A stretch of 64,000 nt of DNA, from NCBI GenBank assembly GCA_039191605.1, contig JBCCXL010000018.1, positions 47,521 through 111,520 of the forward strand. Reading direction: 5' to 3'. The notes under the pieces were generated by a model. That model ran no database searches, was not told the DNA's origin, and saw only the letters and a list, made by a program, of their open reading frames with translations. The DNA is from Acidobacteriota bacterium (GTDB lineage: Bacteria > Acidobacteriota > Thermoanaerobaculia > Multivoradales > JAHZIX01). This document shows, one piece after another, positions 20,133 to 28,665 of the stretch. Made by a program: the position numbers and the translations under genes. How positions within the stretch are numbered: the stretch's first letter is position 1; each line of letters starts with the position of its first letter.

Positions 20133-20747
20133 ATGTCCACGTCCGTTCTCAACTTGGTGACTCAACAACTCCAGGGCGGAGCCCTTGCCGACCTCTCGAA
20201 GCAGCTCGGCGCTGACGAGCAGACCACCGCGAAGGCGGTCTCTACGGCGCTGCCGGTGCTCCTCGGCGCCCTCAACAACAACGCTCGTCAGGGTGACGGC
20301 GCCAACGCTCTGGCCGGTGCCCTGCAGCGCGACCACGACGGCAGCATCCTGGATAGCCTCGGCGGCTTCTTCGGCGGCGGCAACAATTCCGTCTCCGCCG
20401 GCAACGCGATCCTCAAGCACGTGCTCGGCGGCTCTCAGCGCCAGTCGGCGGAACAGGGGGTCGGCAACATCGCCGGCCTGAACGGCGGCCAGGCGAGCCA
20501 GCTGCTGGCGCTGCTGGCGCCGGTGGTCCTCGGGGCCCTGGGCAAGGCGCAGCGGCAGGAAGGCCTCGACGCCGGTGCCCTCTCCGGTCTGCTGGGCCGC
20601 GAGAGCCGCGCCGCCGGCCAGGCGGTGCCTCAGGCCCAGGGGATCCTCGGCAGCCTGCTGGATCAGGACGGTGACGGTGACGTCAAAGACGACGTGCTGC
20701 GGATGGGCGCCGGCCTGCTCGGCAGTATGTTTTCCGGTAAGCGCTGA
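20133..20747 (+). CDS. DUF937-like Gly/Leu-rich protein
   Basis: GGAGG SD before ATG 20133; HDGSILD, ILKHVLG, LLDQDGDGDVKDD. Confidence 0.85.
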   Translation: MSTSVLNLVTQQLQGGALADLSKQLGADEQTTAKAVSTALPVLLGALNNNARQGDGANALAGALQRDHDGSILDSLGGFFGGGNNSVSAGNAILKHVLGGSQRQSAEQGVGNIAGLNGGQASQLLALLAPVVLGALGKAQRQEGLDAGALSGLLGRESRAAGQAVPQAQGILGSLLDQDGDGDVKDDVLRMGAGLLGSMFSGKR

Positions 20748-20844
20748 CGCGCTGGGTTCTCTGGCAAGCGCTAACGCGCTGGGTTCTCTGGCAAGCGCTG
20801 ACGCGCTGGGTTTTCTGGCAAGCGCTAACGCGCTGGGTTCTCCG
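20737..20844 (+). repeat. 27-bp tandem repeat x4
   Basis: GYAAGCGCTRACGCGCTGGGTTYTCYG units; the first contains the gene stop codon; TGA and TAA alternate. Confidence 0.92.
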
Positions 20845-21017
20845 GCGAGCACCGAGCTCTTCGGCCGGTGCCGTGCCGGGAAGTCTCGAGCAGCTTTCGC
20901 TGCATGATTTTCGAAGCCCCCGGCGGGGAGGGATCCTTCCCTGCTGGAGCGGCCCGTTCTTAGTTCACAACGCCAATCCTAGGGCTACGGCCCGTTCTCA
21001 AACGAGGAGAATTCGAT

Positions 21018-21527
21018 ATGGGTTTGTTTAGTTTCGTCAAGAGTGCCGGTGAGAAGCTGTTCGGTGGCAAGGATGAGCCGAAGGCTCCGGAGAAGGGTAC
21101 CGCCGAGGACTCCGAGGCCCGCGAGCGCTTCGAGGCCCTGGTCGCCAAGCAGCGCGCCGCCGCCATCAGCACCGCCATCTCCAAGAACCAGCTGGAGGTC
21201 GCCGACCTCGACGTTTCGGTGGACGGCGACACCGCCACCCTGAAGGGCTCTGCCCCCAACCAGGAGACCCGCGAGAAGGCGATCCTGGTGGCCGGCAACG
21301 TCAACGGCATCGCTTCCGTCGACGACCAGCTCACCGTCGAGTCCACCGAGCCGGAGGCCACCTTCTACACCGTCGAGCGCGGCGACACCCTGGGCAAGAT
21401 CGCCCAGGAGCACTACGGTAAGGCTTCCAAGTACCCGGTGATCTTCGAGGCCAACAAGCCGATGCTCACCGACCCGGACAAGATCTACCCCGGTCAGGTG
21501 CTGCGCATCCCCGCCCTGGACGACTGA
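21018..21527 (+). CDS. BON-LysM protein (Kbp/YgaU-like)
   Basis: MGLFSFVKSAGEKLFG, AGNVNGI, YTVERGDTLGKIA, IFEANKPML..PDKIYPGQVLRIP. Confidence 0.93.
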   Translation: MGLFSFVKSAGEKLFGGKDEPKAPEKGTAEDSEARERFEALVAKQRAAAISTAISKNQLEVADLDVSVDGDTATLKGSAPNQETREKAILVAGNVNGIASVDDQLTVESTEPEATFYTVERGDTLGKIAQEHYGKASKYPVIFEANKPMLTDPDKIYPGQVLRIPALDD

Positions 21528-21790
21528 TCAGCACGTTAGATCCGCACCGGATCGATGAAGTCCACCTCGAGCCCGCCCGCGGGATTTGAGGCCTAGGACG
21601 AGAAAGACGGCCATCTCCGCTTTGCGGAGGTGGCTGTTTTTCTTTGGGCGAGCGTTTCTTTTTGACAGACCGTTTCTTTCTGAGAGGCCGTTTCGCTTCG
21701 AGTGACTCGTGCCGGTGCTGTCTTGAGTCGTGGGAGGACCGGGAGAGGTGGGGGTAGCGAGAGGGTGGGCGCGGGAGATCGGCAACAGCC

Positions 21791-23326
21791 TCAGGCTTCT
21801 TGGGCGATGGGAGCCGGGGCGTCTTCCAGCTCCCGCCAGCGCTCCACCAGGGCGTCCACATCCTGCTGGATTTGCAGCCGGCGGCGCTGCAGCTCCTCCC
21901 GCTGGCGCTCGGAGGTCATCAGCCGAAGGAAGGCGCGGGCCTCGGTGGTGAAGCGTCCCCGCTGCTCGTGGAAGCGCAGCGCAACCCAGCCGCTGGGGGG
22001 CGCCAGGAGCAGCACCAGGGGAGCCCAGCGCCAGTCGAAGAAAACACCCACCGCCACCGTTTCCAGCAGCCAGGTGAGGGGGAAGACGATCAGCGAGGCG
22101 AAGAGCTTATAGGTGCTCTGCACGTCCAGCTTTTCCGCCAGCCTGGTCGCCAGCAGGCGCACCGCGCGGTAGGGAGGCCAGTTGAGGACGGTGCCGAGGA
22201 CGGCTACCGGAAGGCGTAGGCAGGCGGTGGCGGCGGTGTGCAGCAGATAGCGCACCACCGCCCAGCGGGAATAGCGGGCGCCGACCTGGTCGTCCCGCAG
22301 GCCGCAGGCGGCCAGGAGCTCGTCGTATTCCCGCACCGCTCGGGTGGTTGCCTCGACCCGCTCCGGCTCGGCGGCGGCGAGGTGGCGATGGCCGCGGATA
22401 AAGGCGCGCAGCATCTCCGCCCGCTGGGCCAAGGGCAGGCTGCCGGGCAGCGGCCGCTGCGGCTGGCTCCATAGCTCGGCGGCCTGTTCCAGCAGCTGCG
22501 CCTGATCCCAGGAGTCGAAATTCACCGTCACCCGCCTCAGGCCGTCGTCGAGAAGAGTGGTGAGGTGCTGGGCGGCGCGAAACTCCTCCGGGATCGAATC
22601 TTCTTCGGAGCCCCCGGAGGTTCCAGGCCCGGAGTCGGCGATCTCCGCGGGCACCGCAGGCATCGAGTCCAGGGTCTCCCGCAGCAGGATCGGATCTCCC
22701 ACCTGAATTAAGGCCCGGGAGCGGAAGCGGTGCTTGGCGTCGAAGGTCAGGCCCACCGGGATCAGCTGAATATTCAGCGGGCCAAAGCGCTCCTCGGCGC
22801 CGAGGGCGATGCGCGCGGCGCCGGATTTCAGCGGCTGGAGGGCCGGCTCGCTGTGGCTCTTGCCTTCCGGAAAAAGGGCGATCAGGCCGCCGTCCCGCAG
22901 CGCCTCATAGCTGGCGGAGAAGGTCTCCTGGTTGCGGCTGGTATCGACCCCATCCTGGCGGCGGTAGACCGGAATCACCTGAGCCCAGCGCAGCAGGGGG
23001 CGCAGGATCGACAGCTCCCACAGAGTGCTCTTGCCCAGCAGTCGGGGCATGCGCGGCGCCACGGCGGCCAGCAGCACGGCGTCCATTAGGGAGTTGACGT
23101 GATTTGCCACCACCAGCACCGGGCCAGCGGCGGGGATCTTTTCCTCTCCTACCACCTCCAGCCGACGGAAGAAGATCTTCGCTAGATGACGGGCGAGAGA
23201 GCGCAGCCAGCGGGCGGCACGGGGAGGGCTGTCGGCGGAGGTCTCGGGGCTTACGGCAGTCTCTGGGTTCACGGAGGTTTCCGGGTTCACGGGGGGCTCT
23301 TGGCTCAGGGGGGCTTCAGGGCTCAC
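21791..23326 (-). CDS. Lysophospholipid/glycerol-3-phosphate acyltransferase family protein
   Basis: NHVNSLMD (HX4D), FPEGKSH, LKSGAARIAL; C-terminal TMs; start set to GTG 23326 overlapping the upstream TGA. Confidence 0.88.
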   Translation of the reverse strand: MSPEAPLSQEPPVNPETSVNPETAVSPETSADSPPRAARWLRSLARHLAKIFFRRLEVVGEEKIPAAGPVLVVANHVNSLMDAVLLAAVAPRMPRLLGKSTLWELSILRPLLRWAQVIPVYRRQDGVDTSRNQETFSASYEALRDGGLIALFPEGKSHSEPALQPLKSGAARIALGAEERFGPLNIQLIPVGLTFDAKHRFRSRALIQVGDPILLRETLDSMPAVPAEIADSGPGTSGGSEEDSIPEEFRAAQHLTTLLDDGLRRVTVNFDSWDQAQLLEQAAELWSQPQRPLPGSLPLAQRAEMLRAFIRGHRHLAAAEPERVEATTRAVREYDELLAACGLRDDQVGARYSRWAVVRYLLHTAATACLRLPVAVLGTVLNWPPYRAVRLLATRLAEKLDVQSTYKLFASLIVFPLTWLLETVAVGVFFDWRWAPLVLLLAPPSGWVALRFHEQRGRFTTEARAFLRLMTSERQREELQRRRLQIQQDVDALVERWRELEDAPAPIAQEA

Positions 23327-24705
23327 GGCGAATCGCTCCCGGCCTCCGCCTGCCGCGACTCCCAGCGTCTCGCCTGGGCCAAGCCTTCCGCCTCGTCGAG
23401 GGTGCGAAGGCCCAAGAGGCCAAGGATGAAGAAGGCGGCGGTGGAGAGGATCGCCACCCGCTGATTGCCGCTGGCGGAGGAGATGATGCCGAAGACGAAG
23501 GGCCCCACCATATAGGCGGCCTTGCCCGCCAGGCCCCAAAAGCCGAAGAGCTCGGCGCTCTTGCCCGCCGGGGCGAAGAGGCCCACCACCGCCCGGGCGG
23601 CGCTCTGCAGCGATCCGATGCCGAGACCGGCGGCCATCGCCGCGATCCAGAACTGACCCTTGGTCTCCACAAAGAAGCAGCCGACGCAGACCGCGATCCA
23701 CAGCCACAGGGTGAGCTCCAGGGTGCGGCGCCCGCCGATGGCGTCCTGCAGGAAGCCGAAGGCCAGGGCGCCGAGGGCGGCGGAGAGCTGTAGGGCGATA
23801 AAGAGCTGCACCACCTCATCGGTGGTGAAGCCGATGGTGCGCTCGGCGAAGACCGCGGCGAAGGCCACCACCGTAGTGAGCCCCGCCTGGAAGAAGAAGA
23901 AGGCGACGAGGAAGCGAGAGAGCTGGCTGAGCTGCTTCAGCGAGGCGAGAGTTTCCCGCAGACGCTGGGTGCCGACCCGGGCGTAGCCGCCGAGGCCTCG
24001 CCTCGGGCCGCGGGGGGCGCGCTCCCGCAGGAAGAGAAAGGTCGGCAGGCCGGCGGCGAGGAAGAAGAGGGCCGTCAGCACCCAGGCGAAGCGCAGATCG
24101 GCGAGGGCCTCGCTGTGCTGGGGGGAGAAGAGCTCCTCTGGAGTCAGGCCGAGGCCGCCGAGGAAGGGGCGCACCAGCAGCAGGCAGGCGAGCCCTCCGA
24201 AGTAGCCGACCCCCCAGCCGATGGCCGAGACTCGGCCGATGGTGCTGGGGGTGGAAATCTCCGGCAGGAAGGCGCCGGCGAAGTTCTCGCCGAAAGAGAA
24301 GGCGATATTCGACAGCACCAGCAGGGTGAGGGCCAGGGCGATGCCGCCGGGCAGAGCCCACCACAGCGCCGCGGTGCAGACCACGCAGGTGGAGTAGGTC
24401 AGAAAGAGAAAGAGCTTCTTGCGCCCGCTGTCGTCCGCCACCGCGCCGACCAGGGGGGAGAGGAGCATCACCACCGCGTTGGTGATCAGAATTGCGGTGC
24501 CCCAGAGAAAATCCGCCTGCGGACCGGCGGCGACGAATTTCGTGAAGTAGATGCTGAAGGCGACGGTGATGATCAGGGTGGTGTAGCTGGAGTTGGCGAA
24601 GTCGAACATCGCCCAGCCGAAGATTTCCCGGCGCTGAACCGGAGGATGGTTCCCGGCGGCAGCGGCGGGAGCCTGAGAAGAAACCGTCGATGGATCATGG
24701 GTCAT
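23323..24705 (-). CDS. MFS transporter, UMF1/Atg22-like
   Basis: GWAMFDFANSSY, GRVSAIGWGVGYFGG, AELFGFWGLAGK; about 12 TMs; start set to ATG 24705. Confidence 0.88.
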   Translation of the reverse strand: MTHDPSTVSSQAPAAAAGNHPPVQRREIFGWAMFDFANSSYTTLIITVAFSIYFTKFVAAGPQADFLWGTAILITNAVVMLLSPLVGAVADDSGRKKLFLFLTYSTCVVCTAALWWALPGGIALALTLLVLSNIAFSFGENFAGAFLPEISTPSTIGRVSAIGWGVGYFGGLACLLLVRPFLGGLGLTPEELFSPQHSEALADLRFAWVLTALFFLAAGLPTFLFLRERAPRGPRRGLGGYARVGTQRLRETLASLKQLSQLSRFLVAFFFFQAGLTTVVAFAAVFAERTIGFTTDEVVQLFIALQLSAALGALAFGFLQDAIGGRRTLELTLWLWIAVCVGCFFVETKGQFWIAAMAAGLGIGSLQSAARAVVGLFAPAGKSAELFGFWGLAGKAAYMVGPFVFGIISSASGNQRVAILSTAAFFILGLLGLRTLDEAEGLAQARRWESRQAEAGSDSP

Positions 24706-24820
24706 ACGGGAATTATGCCTCAAAGCTCTCGGTCGCGAGGGGATCCAGCGGTCGGCGGCTCGATAGAGGTCTCTTGGGCCGAGCGCGCCTGGACCGGATG
24801 TCGAGGGATTGACTGATACC

Positions 24821-25186
24821 ATGGCGCCACTCATGCCGTCCTATGACCCACCGCCCCGCGGTCTGGTGCTCTTCGCCTCCTCGGAGGGCCGAGATCGAGC
24901 CCAGCGTCGCGCTCGAATCGTCTATGTCCTGGTGGTCGTTGCCGTCACCCTCGGGGTGATCTGGCCGATCTACCCATGGGCTGCCGCTCGTCTGCCCTCC
25001 CTTCTCGGCCTGCCGCCCTCGCTGGTGTGGGTGATCGCCGCCGTGGTGGCGATCTTCTTCGCCACCGCCGGGCTCTTCGCCCTCGATCGGGCCTCGCAGC
25101 GCGGTCCTGGATCCGGGAGGCCTGGAGTCGAGAGACCTGGGGCCGACGGATCTGGCGCATCCGATGAATTCCGGGGTGAAGCATGA
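24821..25186 (+). CDS. Small 2-TM accessory protein of the symporter (DUF3311-like)
   Basis: WPIYPW...LLGLP..LVW pattern; ATGA overlap with the downstream symporter. Confidence 0.7.
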   Translation: MAPLMPSYDPPPRGLVLFASSEGRDRAQRRARIVYVLVVVAVTLGVIWPIYPWAAARLPSLLGLPPSLVWVIAAVVAIFFATAGLFALDRASQRGPGSGRPGVERPGADGSGASDEFRGEA

Positions 25187-26664
25187 GCGCCGGCACCATC
25201 GCCCTGCTGTGCTGCGGCCTCTACCTGCTGGTCAGCCTGGTGGCGGGGATCCTGCCGGGGCTGCGGGTCTCGAAGAGCGTCAGCGGCTACGTGGCCGGCG
25301 ACCGCTCGATGAACCTGCTGGTGCTGTACTTCGTTCTCGGCGCCTCGATCTTTTCGTCCTTCGCCTTTCTCGGCGCCCCGGGATGGGCCTACTCCCGAGG
25401 CGCAGCGGCCTTCTACATTCTGGGCTACGGCGCCGTAGGCATGGTGCCCCTCTACTTCTTCGGCCCCCGGACTCGGCGCCTGGGGCAGCGCTTCGGCTTC
25501 GTCACCCAGGCGGAGCTGCTCTCCTTCCGCTTCGAGAGCCGTACTCTCTCGGTGCTGCTGGCGGTGCTCAGCTTCATCGCCTTCATTCCCTACCTCACGC
25601 TGCAGATGAAGGGCGCCGGCTTTTTGCTGGCGACGCTCTCCGACGGCGCGATCTCCGAAGCCGTCGGTGCGGCGGTGACCTACGCCGTGGTGCTGATCTA
25701 CGTGCTCAGCTCCGGGGTGCTGGGGGTGGGGTGGACCAATACCCTGCAGGGCGTGTTCATGATGGTGGTGGCCTGGGGCCTGGGGCTCTATCTGCCGCAC
25801 CGTCTCCACGGCGGCGTCGGCGAGATGTTCGACTCCATCGCCGCGACGGTGCGCGAAGGAGCGCCTGCCCTGCTGGAGGCGCCGGGGCTGGCGGCGGACG
25901 GCACCCCCTGGAGCTGGTGGGCTTTTTCTTCGGCGGTGGTGGTCTCGGCCTTCGGCTTTACCGCCTGGCCCCATCTCTTCATGAAGAGTTACGCCGCCGC
26001 CAGCGATCGCGTGCTGCGCTGGACGGTGGTGCTGTATCCCACCTTCCAGCTCTTCCTGGTGCCGATTCTGCTGATCGGCTTCGCCGGGGTGCTGGCCTAT
26101 CCGGGAGTCAGCCCCGCGGATCGAATCCTGCCGGTGATGCTCACCGAGGTGGAGCTCTCGCCGATTTTGGTGGGGCTGGTGTGCGCCGGGGCGCTGGCGG
26201 CCTCGATGTCCTCCGGTGATGCGATTCTGCACGCCGCCGCCTCCATCGCGGTGCGCGACGGCCTCGCCCAGGTGGCGCCCTCATGGGTGGGAGACGACGC
26301 CTCCCAGCGTCAGTGGATCCGCGGTGGGGTGGTGGTGGTAGCGGCCATCGCCTATTACTTCGCGGTGGTTTCGGAGGTCTCCATCGTCGCCCTGCTGCTC
26401 GGCGCCTACGGCGGCATCGCGCAGATCTTCCCGCTGCTCTTCTGCACCTTCTACTGGCCTCGGGCCACCGGCAAGGGAGCTCTGGCGGGGCTCGGGGGCG
26501 GGCTCGCCGTCAATACCTTCTTCCTGGTGCTGCCGCAGCTCAAGCCCTGGCCGCTGCACGAGGGCGTGTACGGCCTCGCCGCCAACGTGCTGCTGCTGGT
26601 GGTGGTGAGCCTGATGACCCGGCCCGGGGATCCGGAGCGGCTGCGGGCGTGCACCGAGGCCTGA
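25183..26664 (+). CDS. Sodium:solute symporter family protein
   Basis: YVAGDRS, SSFAFLGAPGWAY, VGWTNTLQG, ALAASMSSGD; about 13 TMs. Confidence 0.92.
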   Translation: MSAGTIALLCCGLYLLVSLVAGILPGLRVSKSVSGYVAGDRSMNLLVLYFVLGASIFSSFAFLGAPGWAYSRGAAAFYILGYGAVGMVPLYFFGPRTRRLGQRFGFVTQAELLSFRFESRTLSVLLAVLSFIAFIPYLTLQMKGAGFLLATLSDGAISEAVGAAVTYAVVLIYVLSSGVLGVGWTNTLQGVFMMVVAWGLGLYLPHRLHGGVGEMFDSIAATVREGAPALLEAPGLAADGTPWSWWAFSSAVVVSAFGFTAWPHLFMKSYAAASDRVLRWTVVLYPTFQLFLVPILLIGFAGVLAYPGVSPADRILPVMLTEVELSPILVGLVCAGALAASMSSGDAILHAAASIAVRDGLAQVAPSWVGDDASQRQWIRGGVVVVAAIAYYFAVVSEVSIVALLLGAYGGIAQIFPLLFCTFYWPRATGKGALAGLGGGLAVNTFFLVLPQLKPWPLHEGVYGLAANVLLLVVVSLMTRPGDPERLRACTEA

Positions 26665-26692
26665 GACCAGCGCCGCGCCCGATGGAGCGAGC

Positions 26693-28078
26693 ATGACGAT
26701 GAAAGACAAGGCGAAATCCCCGGCGGGCTCCAGCATCGCCGGGCGCGTCCCAACGGGACAGCTGATCCTCTTTGCCCTGCCCTCGTTCATGATCGCCTTG
26801 ATGCACGGACCGATGTACGGAGTGCTTCCAGGCATTTACGGGAAGTACTTCGGCGTCGATCTCGCCGTCGTCGGGACCGTCGTCCTCGTTTCCAAGCTCT
26901 TCGACGCCGTGACGGATCCGGTCATCGGCTTTCTCAGCGACCGCACCCGGACCCCGATCGGCGCCCGCAAGCCCTGGCTGATCGCCGGCGCGGCGGTTAC
27001 CCTGCCGGGCCTCTACTTCCTTTTTTCCCCGCCGCAGAGCGTGACGACGGCCTACTATCTGGGCTGGTCGCTCGTGATGTACCTCGGCTGGACGATGTCC
27101 GAGATCCCCTACGGCGCCTGGACTACGGAGCTCTCTAGGGATTATTCGGAGCGCACCCGAATCTCGCTCTATCGCGCGGTGGTGGCTCTCTTCGGCAGCT
27201 TGGCGATGGCGCTGGCGCCTCTGCTGCCGATCTTCGACGGCACGGAGATGACTCCGGAGGTGCTTCGCTGGCTCGCGGTGGTCGTGGTGATCGCTCTGCC
27301 CATCACCACCGCCATCGCCGTCCTCTTCGCGCCGGTCGGAGATCCTCGTCTGTCGGATACGGCGGATCGATGGAGCGCGATCTTCGCTTCGGTGCGGCGC
27401 AACCGGCCCTTTCAAATCTTCACTATCGTTTACCTCATCCAGGGTCTGGGATGGGGCATGACGAGCTCCCTGAGCTTCATCTATTTTGATACTTACCTCG
27501 GCATCGGGGACAAGATCAGCGCGCTGATGGCTCCGGCGATTCTGATTTCCCTCGTGGCCCTGCTGACCTGGGGCAAGATCATAAAGAAGATCGGCAAGAC
27601 GCCCGCCTGGGCGTTCAGCATGGCCGGGACGGGAGGGTTCATCCTGGCGATGGCCTGGATCGATCCCGGCCCAGATTCCTTTCTCCCCTATCTCCTCGCC
27701 AGCTGCGCGATGGTTTTCGCCATCGGCGGAGCGACCATCGCTCCCCTGGCGATCATCGGAGATATCGTGGATTACGACATCCTCAAGACCGGGGTGAATC
27801 GGGCCGGTAGCTACATGGCTCTCTTCACCCTGGCGGTCAAGGTCAACCTCGCGTTGGGGAGCGCTGTGGGTTTCTACCTCATCGACCTCTTCGGCTACGA
27901 TCCGCAAGGGGTGGAGCATGGCAGCACCGCAATCCTGGGGCTGCAGCTCTCGTACATCTACCTTCCGGCGCTGCTCTTGGCGAGCTCGTCGCTGATCATC
28001 TGGCGATTTCCCCTCGATCAGCGACGGCACGGCATCGTTCGGCGACGCCTCGAAGCGCCCGCGGCACGTGAAACCTGA
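26693..28078 (+). CDS. MFS transporter, GPH/MelB-like
   Basis: FDAVTDPVIGFLSDRTRTPIGARKPW, ELSRDYSERTRI, GDIVDYD. Confidence 0.9.
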   Translation: MTMKDKAKSPAGSSIAGRVPTGQLILFALPSFMIALMHGPMYGVLPGIYGKYFGVDLAVVGTVVLVSKLFDAVTDPVIGFLSDRTRTPIGARKPWLIAGAAVTLPGLYFLFSPPQSVTTAYYLGWSLVMYLGWTMSEIPYGAWTTELSRDYSERTRISLYRAVVALFGSLAMALAPLLPIFDGTEMTPEVLRWLAVVVVIALPITTAIAVLFAPVGDPRLSDTADRWSAIFASVRRNRPFQIFTIVYLIQGLGWGMTSSLSFIYFDTYLGIGDKISALMAPAILISLVALLTWGKIIKKIGKTPAWAFSMAGTGGFILAMAWIDPGPDSFLPYLLASCAMVFAIGGATIAPLAIIGDIVDYDILKTGVNRAGSYMALFTLAVKVNLALGSAVGFYLIDLFGYDPQGVEHGSTAILGLQLSYIYLPALLLASSSLIIWRFPLDQRRHGIVRRRLEAPAARET

Positions 28079-28179
28079 GCTTCTGACAGGCTGATGAACT
28101 ATGTGATAATCTAAAATTATATCGAATGCTACCTTCCAGCACGACAGCTTCTGACCACACCTTTCGTGAGGAGAAATCC

Positions 28180-28446
28180 ATGTCGCATGTCCACGTGACC
28201 CGTTACCGCCCCGGCAAGAATGGCGAGGTTCGCGACGCCGTGGCTCAGGTTGCAGCGGCTATCTCAGAAGTCGATGGAGTGATCAGCTCCCGCGTCTTCG
28301 GGGACCACAGCCACGTCATTCTGATCACCGAATTCGAGAAGTGGGCCGTTCTCGACAGCTTCGAGGGTAACGACGCGATTCGGTCCGCTCTGCCGCCTCT
28401 GGCACGAGCCGAAGACGGGCGCGGCGAGTTCTGGTTCGGCCAGTAA
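28180..28446 (+). CDS. Small dimeric alpha/beta-barrel-like protein (88 aa)
   Basis: GAGGAG SD before ATG 28180; ferredoxin-like strand/helix pattern; AT-rich upstream region and downstream terminator. Confidence 0.65.
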   Translation: MSHVHVTRYRPGKNGEVRDAVAQVAAAISEVDGVISSRVFGDHSHVILITEFEKWAVLDSFEGNDAIRSALPPLARAEDGRGEFWFGQ

Positions 28447-28477
28447 GCACAGCTCGCCCCGCTCAGATCGCACGATG

Positions 28478-28511
28478 AAAGGGCTTCGTCTTACCGAGAC
28501 GAAGCCCTTTT
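28478..28511 (+). terminator. Intrinsic terminator
   Basis: AAAGGGCTTCGTCT-TACCG-AGACGAAGCCCTTTT. Confidence 0.85.
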
Positions 28512-28665
28512 GTCTTTGGCCGCAGAAATGATTTGCCGAGCCTGCCTGAAGGGCTGGCATCGCGCCCGATCCAAACTAATCGTCGAAACAAGCTGGTTCG
28601 AGGATTCGGCCTTCAGGAGCTGAAGGCGCGAATACCCGGGAACTATCCTAGGTGGAGGCCAAGAG

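Noticed and set aside
23327-23707. N-terminal extension of the acyltransferase in the ORF track
   Set aside because: Overlaps the MFS gene out of frame; GTGA coupling at 23326 is a better start
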